From: an uncultured Candidatus Saccharibacteria bacterium
Lineage (GTDB): Bacteria > Patescibacteriota > Saccharimonadia > Saccharimonadales > CAZWFS01
Direction of reading: 5' to 3'
NCBI GenBank assembly: GCA_964633325.1
Contig: CAZWFS010000007.1
Location: forward strand, 1-60,006
DNA: 60,006 nucleotides
Shown here: one piece after another, positions 19,388-28,729 of the stretch
Numbering within the stretch: position 1 is the first letter of the stretch
How the letters are laid out: every line of letters begins with the position of its first letter
Made by a program: the position numbers and the translations under genes
The notes under the pieces: generated by a model
What the model was told of the DNA's origin: nothing
What the model saw: the letters and a program-made list of their open reading frames with translations, nothing else
Database searches by the model: none

Positions 19388-21580
19388 TTACCGCCACACC
19401 AGCGGCCTATCTCCACTATTCCCGAACACGAACTCAACATTAGTTTTGGTCGGAATGGAGCTCAAGTTATTGTTAGATAGGTACCAGGTATTGCCACGCA
19501 CAACACCCACAGTATCAAAAGTGTCACCGTTCCAATCTCCCACGACCGGCCGGTCAGTAGAGTTGCCAAAAGCAAAAGGTTCACCCGCGCCACTAGTATT
19601 ACTATTGCGTAGGTAGAATGTACCACTGCGCCATATACCTGGCGTATCCGTACCATTGCCGTCCCAGTCGCCTACCAACGGCATATCACCCGTACCATTG
19701 CCGTAACCAAAAGCTAGGTCAGCCACACCAGCCGTATTGCTATTGCGTAGGTACCATTGGCCGTTGCGGACAACGCCGGGAGTCTCGCTGCCGTTCCCAT
19801 CCCAGTCGCCGCAGATCGGGATGTCCCCGGTATTACCGAAGCCAAAGATTGCTTGCGGCGCTCCGCCACTAGCGACAGCATTGCTGATATGCCACTGGCC
19901 GTTGCGAACTACGCCCGGTGATTTGGTACTGTTCCCATTCCAGTCACACATCAGCATCAGTCCATCAGTTTTATTACCATAACTAAACTGCTTGATTGTT
20001 CGGCTACCATCCCCCAGATACCAGGTGCCATTTCGCCATACAGCCGGTTTGGATGTGGGCCGATTATTGAAATATGGACTCCTATCCCTCAATAATGACC
20101 CCTGGCTGAGGTTAAGCCATTGCGATTCCCAACTATTATATTGGGCTTTGACGCAATGAGCGTCCATTAGGCTGCCGTCGCAGGTATGCGCTAGCCCAAA
20201 ACTATGGCCGGCCTCATGGGCTGGGTGGTTACGCCGTTTATCATACGTATTGCAGCTGCTGGCAGTAGTGGCCGCGAAACCGCTAATGTATTGGGTGGAG
20301 TCCACGTTAGTGTTTGGTCCGCCTATGCCGATGCAGCCTTCCGGAAGCCCAAACTCATACAATATGTTAGTACTAAAACCTTTACGACCGAACTCCGGCT
20401 GCAAGCTGAAGTAAACAGCCAGCGCTGCGCTGCCTTGGCAGTTCAAATCGGCAGGGCACTGCATGTATTGCGCTGCGGTCTTGCTGCCACGTACCACTTT
20501 GACTTCCGCTATATCGAAGTTTTTGCCGTTGGTACTGCGTGCGTAAAAATCCTGCACAGTCTGGGCTATAGTAGTGATCTCTCCAAGGTTGCCATTTCCC
20601 CCCACATCGGCAGGAACTACCCATAACCACCGCGTCTGCTGCAAGTTGGCTGCGCTGACCTTGCCTCTATCGTCCTTTTCCTCGGGTATAGGCTCCTCAT
20701 AAGCTGGAGGAAGCGGGACGCTGCGGACTTTGAAAGCATCATTACCGACCCGGTAGGAACGCACCTCTTTGGCGATAGTCTGCCGGGCTTGCCGGGCTTG
20801 CTGGCCCCCAAGCTTGCGGTTCTTGATTTGGTCTGGAGCTGCGTCGGTTGGGACCAGGTCGGCAGGCAAGGCCTCTGTTACGCCTGCCTTGGCGGCATCT
20901 GACAGCTTGATGGCTTCCACATTTACTTCGTCGGCCTCATACGGCGCGGCGGCCTTGGCGCACTCGCCTTTTAGCAGTTCTATGATAGCCGTGAGTTCAA
21001 GTGAGGATTCATTGGGATAGATACTGGCAATGCGTGACCCCTTAGTGGTGTTAAGACGCACGTGCTCTCCGGTGGAAGATGGTTGTATGTACTGGTCATT
21101 ACTGCGATCTTTGTTGGCTGCCTTGTTGAAGCCGCGGTCCTTTACTTCAGAAACGATGGACTTGACTTCTGATCGGCTCAGCCGCCTCTCGGTATAGCTG
21201 GGCGGGGCCGTGGGATCGTTCTTGACATGGCTGGTATCACCGCACAGCAAACGTCCATCGCCGTACAGCATTAAGGCCTGCGGCATCGAGGTATTAAAGT
21301 CGTTTTCTTTGTAACTATGGAGCATGCCTATCTCGTAGTTCAGTACCAGCTGGTTGGCCTTGTTCGGTACGCCGCCAGACAGGTCTGCGGCCTTGGAGTA
21401 TAAAAGCACTGAAGTGCCAACTACCGTGAATAAGGCCACGAAAACTAAGGCCCGTGAAGCCGAGGAGGCCCTCTGCCAGCGATACTGCATCTTTGATACT
21501 CTGCTTAAAAATCCTACATTCTTTTTGTTTGATTTGCGTTTTGATACGATTTTTTTGTTTTTTTTGGCAGGTAATGCCAT
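19388..21580 (-). CDS. Membrane-anchored/secreted metzincin metalloprotease with C-terminal DWxG(N/D)G repeat propeller
   Basis: HEAGHSFGLAH plus Met-turn SLMD; about 5 repeats of V.RNG.WYL....FG.G...D.P..GDWDG.G. Confidence 0.8.
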   Translation of the reverse strand: MALPAKKNKKIVSKRKSNKKNVGFLSRVSKMQYRWQRASSASRALVFVALFTVVGTSVLLYSKAADLSGGVPNKANQLVLNYEIGMLHSYKENDFNTSMPQALMLYGDGRLLCGDTSHVKNDPTAPPSYTERRLSRSEVKSIVSEVKDRGFNKAANKDRSNDQYIQPSSTGEHVRLNTTKGSRIASIYPNESSLELTAIIELLKGECAKAAAPYEADEVNVEAIKLSDAAKAGVTEALPADLVPTDAAPDQIKNRKLGGQQARQARQTIAKEVRSYRVGNDAFKVRSVPLPPAYEEPIPEEKDDRGKVSAANLQQTRWLWVVPADVGGNGNLGEITTIAQTVQDFYARSTNGKNFDIAEVKVVRGSKTAAQYMQCPADLNCQGSAALAVYFSLQPEFGRKGFSTNILYEFGLPEGCIGIGGPNTNVDSTQYISGFAATTASSCNTYDKRRNHPAHEAGHSFGLAHTCDGSLMDAHCVKAQYNSWESQWLNLSQGSLLRDRSPYFNNRPTSKPAVWRNGTWYLGDGSRTIKQFSYGNKTDGLMLMCDWNGNSTKSPGVVRNGQWHISNAVASGGAPQAIFGFGNTGDIPICGDWDGNGSETPGVVRNGQWYLRNSNTAGVADLAFGYGNGTGDMPLVGDWDGNGTDTPGIWRSGTFYLRNSNTSGAGEPFAFGNSTDRPVVGDWNGDTFDTVGVVRGNTWYLSNNNLSSIPTKTNVEFVFGNSGDRPLVWR

Positions 21581-21917
21581 ACTTATTCCAATCTCTTCTC
21601 TTAGTTTTTTTATTGAAGATGCTGCTTATGCATGTTACAAACTTAGTTTATTCAAAGATAAATTGGCTGTCAAGGAAGCGCAGGAGTAACACTTTATTGC
21701 AATTTAGCTGCAAGAATATGTCCGCTAGAGTCATAATTTGCCGGACGATGTGTTGACAATAAAGAGACCAACAAAGCACATTGCTTTGATTTTGAAATTT
21801 AATTAGAGAAGTCTTATTTCAGCTGCAACAGCCTCACAAACAGCCCTCCAATCTATACCCCAAGTAGTAATACCGCAACCAGGAACCTTAGTCGGGCCTT
21901 TTTGATATGATTGACAT

Positions 21918-22514
21918 ATGACCAAGTACGTATTGAATTCAGGAGCAATCAAGCATCAATCGAAACTCAAGCAGCAATTTCATCAAGAGCTCGTAAAAGA
22001 AATAGGTGCTGAGCCAAAGTTTTTGCTATGCAACTTTGCACAAGGACGGGAATACTGGGAGTCGAAATTTCAGGGTTACGCCAATGCAGTAAGTGAGGAT
22101 ATGCCGGTGGGTGTTACGCCTTCATTTGAGTTAGCTATGCCGTCTGCATTCGCAGATCAATGCAGACGGTCCGATATAATCTACTTGCATGGTGGTGATG
22201 ACCACTTGTTGAAATATTGGATGTCGCAATATGATTTAGGCGAATTATTCAGGAAAAAAGTTGTGGCTACCAATTCTGCCAGCTCAAACGTGTTGGCTAC
22301 ACACTTTTGGACTTGTGACTGGCGGCAGTGTGGAGATGGTCTTGGTATTCTGCATATAAAATTTATCCCGCATTACCAGTCAGATTTTGGTAAAGACGAT
22401 CCCCGCGGACCTATTGACTGGCAACAAGCCTATGATGATTTGGCGGCTTACGGCGATATATCCCTTCCAATACATGCACTAAAAGAAGGTGAATTCACCA
22501 TCCAAGAACAATAA
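21918..22514 (+). CDS. Peptidase E/S51-like (class I glutamine amidotransferase-like) protein
   Basis: DIIYLHGGD, ATNSASS nucleophile region, FIPHY. Confidence 0.75.
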   Translation: MTKYVLNSGAIKHQSKLKQQFHQELVKEIGAEPKFLLCNFAQGREYWESKFQGYANAVSEDMPVGVTPSFELAMPSAFADQCRRSDIIYLHGGDDHLLKYWMSQYDLGELFRKKVVATNSASSNVLATHFWTCDWRQCGDGLGILHIKFIPHYQSDFGKDDPRGPIDWQQAYDDLAAYGDISLPIHALKEGEFTIQEQ

Positions 22515-22618
22515 AATAATCGCTCCACCTAGTTCGATACCAGTTGCAACAGTATCGCACACTGCCCTCCAGCACAATCTGCTCGATTGACCCTATAAAC
22601 TGTTGTTATAATCAAAAT

Positions 22619-22903
22619 ATGCAAGAAGGCTTTAAAGTAAGCGGCCGGATAGAACTATTTCCCCAAGCTGGCGGCTGGCATTACGTCAAAGTACCAAAAG
22701 AATATACTCAAATCACAAAACCGCTCGCAGATATAGGGCTAGTAGCGATTACAGCGACACTTGGCGAATCATCCTGGAATACTTCCCTTCTGCCGATGGG
22801 TGATGACACACATTTTATAGCCTTACCGGCAAAAGTAAGAAAATCGGAAAAAGTACAGCTAGGACAAAACATTAACATGTCATTTATCCTTAGGCAGCGC
22901 TAG
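22619..22903 (+). CDS. DUF1905 family protein
   Basis: GGWHYVKVP, WNTSLLPMGD, ALPAKVRKSE; TGTTATAAT lies 6 nt before ATG 22619. Confidence 0.8.
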   Translation: MQEGFKVSGRIELFPQAGGWHYVKVPKEYTQITKPLADIGLVAITATLGESSWNTSLLPMGDDTHFIALPAKVRKSEKVQLGQNINMSFILRQR

Positions 22904-22990
22904 TCCACACCCCGTAAATGTAAAATAAAGTCTTTTGCACAAAAGTTGCAACAACATAACACACTACCCTCCAATCCCATGAGCTTTTGA

Positions 22991-24346
22991 TTATTGATTT
23001 AGGGCTGGAGGTATTAGTACGTCGCGGCTTTCGGCAGCAGTAATGAGATGTCGCCAGGCCTCAGTTAAATAGGCGAAATCATCAACAGCTTGCATAACGT
23101 GTTCGTCTAATCCTGCTCCAGCAGCTTCTAGTGCATCGGCCACACAGTTTAAGCGATCCATGACAGGACCCGCGGAAGCTGCCGCAGCTGCCGTATATAC
23201 CCGCTGGGCACCTAACCGTACATCCCGTAGCACATCTCGGGAAGCGGCAGTGATACTTCTGAATTTAGCAGCATAACTGTGGGCGTTGAATTCGTCCCCA
23301 TCCGTATATTCATCCAGGTGCTGCTCAATATATTCCCCTACCTGACTCCAGATGCGGCCCATCTGGATATACTGAACGTCACGTAACGCATAGCTTTGAT
23401 CGGCAGTTTGGTTGGCATGTGCTGATCGATCATTATCGTATGCGTGATGCATCTTGCGTGAATGAAAAAGGATCGGCTGCTGTAGCCGCCACGCCAGATC
23501 TTTGACCATATAGTCACAACCCAATATATCCGTCGGCATTTCTGGCAAGTCGCGGTAAAGGTCAGCGATACAACACGACTCCATCTCGACTCGGCCATCG
23601 ATTTCCAGCTCATAAAAATCTTCGGAGTAACGCGTTTGTGCTTCCTTAATCAGATAAGAAGTTGCCTCTTGCTCTACCTCTTTAGCCGGTATGCCCGGCC
23701 TACCTAATTGCTGCAGCGCAGTCAGATAGCTTATACCCGCCGTTTGAAGATCTCTGCGATCTAGCGTCGCATCACCGAACGTACCTGTACCGACAATCTT
23801 TACCTTAGCCTCTTTCGGGTATTCAATTTCGCCAAGCCTACGGATAGGTAACTCAATGCTATTGAGAGTTCGGCCAATAGCAGCGAGTTCCAGTTCAACC
23901 GGCAGGCTTTCTTGCCTGCTCTCGTCAAGTAAGACATCCGAATCACGGCGATGTACTGATACGCAATTCGTAGCAACAGCCAGCAAGTATGCCAAATTCG
24001 GTCCACGGCCATATGAAATGCCTTTTGGTAGTAACAATCTGTAAAGTCGGTCGCGATCATAGCGCAGGAGTGCCCCGTGAGTCAGCAAGCTATTAATGAA
24101 AGTGTGCTGTTGTGACTCAATAAAATGGATGATTGGTAGCCCTGCAGAGCGTTCTTTTAACAGTAGCCGCTTGTGTTGCTGCGAGATTTCATCACTCAGT
24201 TCATTCTCGATAATGCAGAAAGTAACAGAGTTGCCTGGCTGAGCATGAACCCAGCGTGCTTCTTGTAACCGCTGCTTCATGACACGACTACAATCACGGT
24301 GGGTTGGAACAAATATTAGCCTACGACTTACTAGATTTTGAATCAT
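22991..24346 (-). CDS. Hypothetical protein resembling DUF6271 (possible GT-A-like enzyme)
   Basis: PTHR..., GISYG..PNLAYLLA...C.SVHRRDSD, GCDY motifs; family assignment recalled, not searched. Confidence 0.5.
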   Translation of the reverse strand: MIQNLVSRRLIFVPTHRDCSRVMKQRLQEARWVHAQPGNSVTFCIIENELSDEISQQHKRLLLKERSAGLPIIHFIESQQHTFINSLLTHGALLRYDRDRLYRLLLPKGISYGRGPNLAYLLAVATNCVSVHRRDSDVLLDESRQESLPVELELAAIGRTLNSIELPIRRLGEIEYPKEAKVKIVGTGTFGDATLDRRDLQTAGISYLTALQQLGRPGIPAKEVEQEATSYLIKEAQTRYSEDFYELEIDGRVEMESCCIADLYRDLPEMPTDILGCDYMVKDLAWRLQQPILFHSRKMHHAYDNDRSAHANQTADQSYALRDVQYIQMGRIWSQVGEYIEQHLDEYTDGDEFNAHSYAAKFRSITAASRDVLRDVRLGAQRVYTAAAAASAGPVMDRLNCVADALEAAGAGLDEHVMQAVDDFAYLTEAWRHLITAAESRDVLIPPALNQ

Positions 24347-24432
24347 GGTTCACTTATCATCTTACAACACAGCTGAAAAGCCACACACGATTACCACAAT
24401 TATAAGCTTTTTAGGTTATTGATAGTGACGAG

Positions 24433-25152
24433 CTAATTCTCAAAATAATCTTTTTCGATACTGATTACTAATAGGTACTGATTATTCTTAGAAATGGCAT
24501 CTGCTATAGCGCCTACATTTACAAGACGCTTATCGGAAAAAGTCTTAAATAATGTAGCGCGAAGCATAACATTCTGGTAATTGCTTAGGCTATCGAGTAA
24601 ATACCTTGTATCCTGGTAATGCAAATGCATTTCCAGACTGCCTTTTTTTACGATAGTTCCCCCATTCAAGTACGCGTTCTGAGCGCTTCCTGCTGGAACA
24701 TTCCTATAAAAACGGTCAGTCATTGTAATCATATTTGAGTGAGAGGGATTATCTATATCCCAACCTAAAAAAGCTAAATTTTTAAAATAATTTAACATTT
24801 GAATTTTAAAATCAGGGTTAAATCCATAGTACTGTGTAATTCTATAGCTGCATCTATGGGCAAATCCTTGATGAACCTTCCAATTATTTTGACCTTTGTA
24901 ACACTCGTCTAAAAACTCCGATCCACTATTAGTTAAGCCAGTCTCCTGTTCGACTGCAGAGAATTCATCTTTTATTTCAGATCTTATCTTTTCCCTAGGT
25001 AGGGATACCTCCTTGCTTTTTGGGTTGGGCATTGATTTCAAATTCTTAGCTAAATTTCCCAAACCTCCATATAAAAAAGTAGTCGAAATAAATGCAAGGG
25101 TGGCACTTATCCCAAATGCAATAAAAATGACTAGCAAGGTTTTTTTGTTCAT
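24433..25152 (-). CDS. Hypothetical membrane-anchored protein
   Basis: 239-aa ORF with an N-terminal TM helix; TATACT lies 6 nt before the ATG. Confidence 0.65.
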   Translation of the reverse strand: MNKKTLLVIFIAFGISATLAFISTTFLYGGLGNLAKNLKSMPNPKSKEVSLPREKIRSEIKDEFSAVEQETGLTNSGSEFLDECYKGQNNWKVHQGFAHRCSYRITQYYGFNPDFKIQMLNYFKNLAFLGWDIDNPSHSNMITMTDRFYRNVPAGSAQNAYLNGGTIVKKGSLEMHLHYQDTRYLLDSLSNYQNVMLRATLFKTFSDKRLVNVGAIADAISKNNQYLLVISIEKDYFEN

Positions 25153-25303
25153 GGCTTAAGTATATATGTATTGAGCTAAACGTACGGGGAATTGAAGTAC
25201 TGGCTTAGAATTTTAATCGTAATAGCGTCGAATTCGGCCCTCCGCTTTAAGAGCCTAGGTGGGTGTTGGGCTTTCTGTGTGGCTGACTACACTAGCGGGA
25301 GTG

Positions 25304-26302
25304 CTATGACTGACCACCAAGATATAGTCTTGGATCTACGGGCTTACCGTTTATCCTGATTTCAAAGTGCAGATGGGTGCCTGTTGAAGCGCCAGTTGAA
25401 CCTGCATATCCTAGTATGGCTTTTTTATCAACTTCTTGGCCAACTTGCACCGTGATTGATGATAGATGAGCGTATACCGATGTCATTCCTCCGCCGTGAT
25501 CAATAACCACGTTGTTGCCTAGGCCTACTTTTGAGCGCACTGTTTCTATGACTCGACCAGACTTGAAAGGCTTAATGGGCGTGCTGCCGGAGCGCTGTCC
25601 GTCGCTAATATCTATACCGGTATGGAATGGTTGGAATGGCCGATGAGGCACACCAAACTTTGTTGTTATTGCACCGTTCATTGGCCATGTGGTTTCCAAA
25701 TCAACATGAGGCTGAGGAGTCGTATTTTTAACGGGCGGGTCAGGTTGAACTGCTGTCGAGACAGATATATTGGTATCAATTACCGGCACGGGAAGCTTAT
25801 CGGCCGGCCTGATTATAGCGCTCACGCTAGATTTATTCGCGATGAAGCCAACGGTATTACCGGCACTCTCTGTTACGAATTTAGAACCGCTACCTACGGA
25901 GTGCGTAATAAAATCCGCGCTACTATCCACTGCATGTGCAATTTGATTTGCGCCGCTACGTACACTGTGAACCGCAAACCTGCCACTCTGAACGGTGGTG
26001 GTTGCAATTGATTTTGAAGCAGAACGGATACTATTACTTACCGCTTGTTCCGCTGAGCTCGCAGCTCGCCCAACCTCGTCAGTTGCCGCAAACATACCGT
26101 TTGTTATTACATTTGGGCTATCTTCCCTAATCGTGTAAGAATTGTCGCCAGCAGAATCCAGGCGCGCACCCTGGGCCTGAGCTGTAGGAATTTTCCAGAT
26201 TATAGCTAGTAGAAACGGCAACAGTAACAAGCTAGCAATAACAAATATTCCAGCGACAAGAAATCGCAGTTTGTATAAAAATGTTTCACTAAATTCGCTC
26301 AT
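25304..26302 (-). CDS. Membrane-anchored M23 family metallopeptidase
   Basis: FHTGIDI, VYAHL, STGTHLHFEIR. Confidence 0.93.
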   Translation of the reverse strand: MSEFSETFLYKLRFLVAGIFVIASLLLLPFLLAIIWKIPTAQAQGARLDSAGDNSYTIREDSPNVITNGMFAATDEVGRAASSAEQAVSNSIRSASKSIATTTVQSGRFAVHSVRSGANQIAHAVDSSADFITHSVGSGSKFVTESAGNTVGFIANKSSVSAIIRPADKLPVPVIDTNISVSTAVQPDPPVKNTTPQPHVDLETTWPMNGAITTKFGVPHRPFQPFHTGIDISDGQRSGSTPIKPFKSGRVIETVRSKVGLGNNVVIDHGGGMTSVYAHLSSITVQVGQEVDKKAILGYAGSTGASTGTHLHFEIRINGKPVDPRLYLGGQS

Positions 26303-26432
26303 ACAGTCCGAACTCTTAACATTCGATTTTATAAATATTGATTATACACTAAATTTGCATATAAAACATGCATAAGCAATACTAAGGACTACCTTCGGGA
26401 GTATCTTTTTGATTCATTCATCATATGAAGGG

Positions 26433-26984
26433 TCAGCGAATGTATGTTGCCAAAATTATAGTTAGGTGAAAGCTGGTACCGTACAGAGTCTGCAAAGATA
26501 ACTGATGTTTCTTAGATTCTTTTACAAATGCAAAAAGTATCCATACAAGTACCATATATGCAGCCACTATAAGAGCAATCATTCTAATAGCTAATGTGAA
26601 ATCTTGAGAAAAAACTATAAAGAGACAGAGGGGCATCAGTAGTATGTGCATAATATAGGCAGTTACGTCGTGAATTGTTGTCTTTCTGCCACCTGTTGTG
26701 GGAATGATTAACGCAGCCAGTTGACCTATAACCGCTACGATTAGCAAAGCAGAAAACAATTTAGGCAAATGAAAGGTTGGCACGAACCAATTTGTCATAA
26801 ATAAATAAAATAGGAAGAGATGGATTGAAAAAATGGCAAAATAGTAGACAATCCCCTGTCTAGTCGCAGCCGCGTGTGCACTGTACGACATAGACCTGTC
26901 GCCCGGCCATTTGCGAATCATAAAAATTAGACATACCCATAGCTGAATAATAGATATTAGGCCAAGTGATTTGTATAGTTCCAT
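26433..26984 (-). CDS. Hypothetical multi-pass membrane protein
   Basis: About 6 hydrophobic helices. Confidence 0.7.
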   Translation of the reverse strand: MELYKSLGLISIIQLWVCLIFMIRKWPGDRSMSYSAHAAATRQGIVYYFAIFSIHLFLFYLFMTNWFVPTFHLPKLFSALLIVAVIGQLAALIIPTTGGRKTTIHDVTAYIMHILLMPLCLFIVFSQDFTLAIRMIALIVAAYMVLVWILFAFVKESKKHQLSLQTLYGTSFHLTIILATYIR

Positions 26985-27149
26985 AGCTTTTCGCCATTAT
27001 AACAGTTACAACAGCGTCATCTCGTGCTCCCGTACATAAATAATGCCCTTGACTATTAGGTATTATTGTGCTAATATGTTACTAAATTGAGGCGTAAGCC
27101 GTAATCTCTTCTCAAAACTAGAAAATTATCAAACAAGAAAGAAATATTT

Positions 27150-28028
27150 ATGTGGATTTTTTGGGCGCTATCGAGTGCCCTATTCGCGGCTAGTCGCCGC
27201 CCTCTTGAAAAAAAATTAGTCAACCAGCTTCATCATTTTACGTACGGATTTATCGTACAATTATTATCCTTACCGATAATAACGGTCGCACTACTTCTGA
27301 ATGGGAAATTCTTAAACCCGCTGCACCTTGGTGTTAGCTTTTGGTTGCCCCTATTAATTGTCGGCTTGGTATTTTATCCCTTGAATTCATTTCTGTATCT
27401 ACAGGCAGTTAAGCGGGGTGACCTATCTAAGGTGCTGCCAATTCAAAGCTTATGGCCTGTCTTCGCACTTATAGCTGCTTGGTTGACACTAGGTGAAATA
27501 CCAACGATCGTCGCATCTACGGGTGTTATGTTTACTGTAGTCGGCGTCTATGCGCTAGGCTTAAAAGGCCGGCGACTGCATCACCCGCTGCAACCATTCC
27601 GCGAAGATAAGAGTAGCCTGTATATGTTGCTTGGCGTAATACTTGTGACATGCATAAGCTTGCTAGAAAAGGGAGCAGTTAAGGCATCAAGTGCGTTATT
27701 CTATAGTTTCGCCAGTACGGTGTGTGCAATCTTTGCATTTTTCGCCGCCATGTACGTCACGAAAGGGAGCCGCCTTTCCGACACAAAGCCGGCGCTCAAG
27801 CACCTTGGTATCGTAGGCTCATTACACGGCGCCACATACAGCAGCTACCTAATCGCCATATCAGTCGGACCAATTGCATATGTGTCTGCCCTCCGAGGCA
27901 GCAATGTCTTAATGGGTGCCCTAATAGGCATTGTTTTATTGAAGGAAAAACTAACAAAAGCAAAAATAGTGTCCTTTGTGTTTATTGCGGTCGGTGCGGT
28001 ACTCTTGGCAACTGGCTCCTCAGCTTGA
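27150..28028 (+). CDS. EamA/DMT family transporter
   Basis: About 10 TM helices in two repeats; GEIPT and LLKEKLT motifs. Confidence 0.88.
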   Translation: MWIFWALSSALFAASRRPLEKKLVNQLHHFTYGFIVQLLSLPIITVALLLNGKFLNPLHLGVSFWLPLLIVGLVFYPLNSFLYLQAVKRGDLSKVLPIQSLWPVFALIAAWLTLGEIPTIVASTGVMFTVVGVYALGLKGRRLHHPLQPFREDKSSLYMLLGVILVTCISLLEKGAVKASSALFYSFASTVCAIFAFFAAMYVTKGSRLSDTKPALKHLGIVGSLHGATYSSYLIAISVGPIAYVSALRGSNVLMGALIGIVLLKEKLTKAKIVSFVFIAVGAVLLATGSSA

Positions 28029-28160
28029 TTGCAATCATACCGCATATGCCGCAGCAACAAGAAAAAGTCCGCGATCCCCTCGGACTCTCCAGTACACATA
28101 GAACAGATGTGCTCGATATGCGGAACCGCAGCCAAAGAGACCACTAGTTAATATGAGGAT

Positions 28161-28442
28161 TTAGGCGGTGTCCGGGGGTGGGGTAGGGCCGTTTAGGTCG
28201 GCTTCTGTCTCGTCGCTTGTGGGGGTTGGAGGAGTCTGCGGCAAACCGACGGCGGCATCGACCCCCTCCTGGTAGGCTTCGTCTGGGTCAGAATTTGTAT
28301 CTGTTACAGGATGATCTACGGGTAATGTAGAGGGCTGGTCATCCGGCGGAGAAAAAGGAGTGTTCTGGTCCTGTGGCAGCGGGCTGACTGGGTCGCCACC
28401 CGTTACGTCGTTATTCATACTTTGGTCATCTGTCGGATTCAT
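28161..28442 (-). CDS. Hypothetical acidic Pro/Asp-rich protein
   Basis: RBS AAGGAG before the ATG; low-complexity composition. Confidence 0.65.
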   Translation of the reverse strand: MNPTDDQSMNNDVTGGDPVSPLPQDQNTPFSPPDDQPSTLPVDHPVTDTNSDPDEAYQEGVDAAVGLPQTPPTPTSDETEADLNGPTPPPDTA

Positions 28443-28729
28443 AATGTATCTCCTTAATTAAGTGTTACATTTAAGAGCCAAGCCGATTGTGGTACAGCTA
28501 GATAACTAACACACGCATTTCGCACTTGAGCGTCAGGTGCGATTTCTCTCCGAGAAGCGGACTGAGCTGTACATGAGGTACTGCTCGGGAGCATCGGAGG
28601 GAAAAATCAATTGCTTCGCTCCTGGCAGCATATTATTAATAAGTCAAGGAAAAATCGTGTTTGGTGCCAAGAAGCCGGCAGGGTCTAGGGCTTCGCTCCA
28701 GAGCATGGTGGCTGGTGCGTAAGGCGGGC

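Larger units (their letters stand above)
12277..27035 (+). repeat. Dispersed 31-bp att-like site G(T/C)T(G/C)CAA(C/T)A-N13-CCCTCCAAT
   Basis: Copies at 12277-12306 (N12), 12978-13008, 17699-17729, 18345-18375, 19232-19262, 21822-21852, 22543-22573, 22945-22975, 25216-25246; weaker copies at 17167 and 27005; all on the + strand and all between genes. Confidence 0.85.
11315..28050 (+). mobile_element. tRNA-Lys-anchored accessory region; putative gene-cassette array
   Basis: About 15 unrelated accessory genes in mixed orientation, separated by a recurrent site resembling the tRNA 3' end; core-type genes resume at about 28.1 kb; the right boundary is approximate. Confidence 0.7.

Noticed and set aside
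21707-21730. GCTGCAAGA as an extra copy of the cassette site
   Set aside because: No right box follows; it reads better as a minus-strand -35 (TTGCAG), and the same GCAAGAATATG occurs in the promoter at about 37501
12277-25246. Classical integron attC sites
   Set aside because: No RYYYAAC...GTTRRRY pair enclosing a long imperfect hairpin, and no intI in the window
12277-27035. CRISPR array interpretation of the dispersed 31-bp motif
   Set aside because: Copies are degenerate and separated by whole genes (0.4-4 kb), not by 30-40-nt spacers; no cas genes in the window
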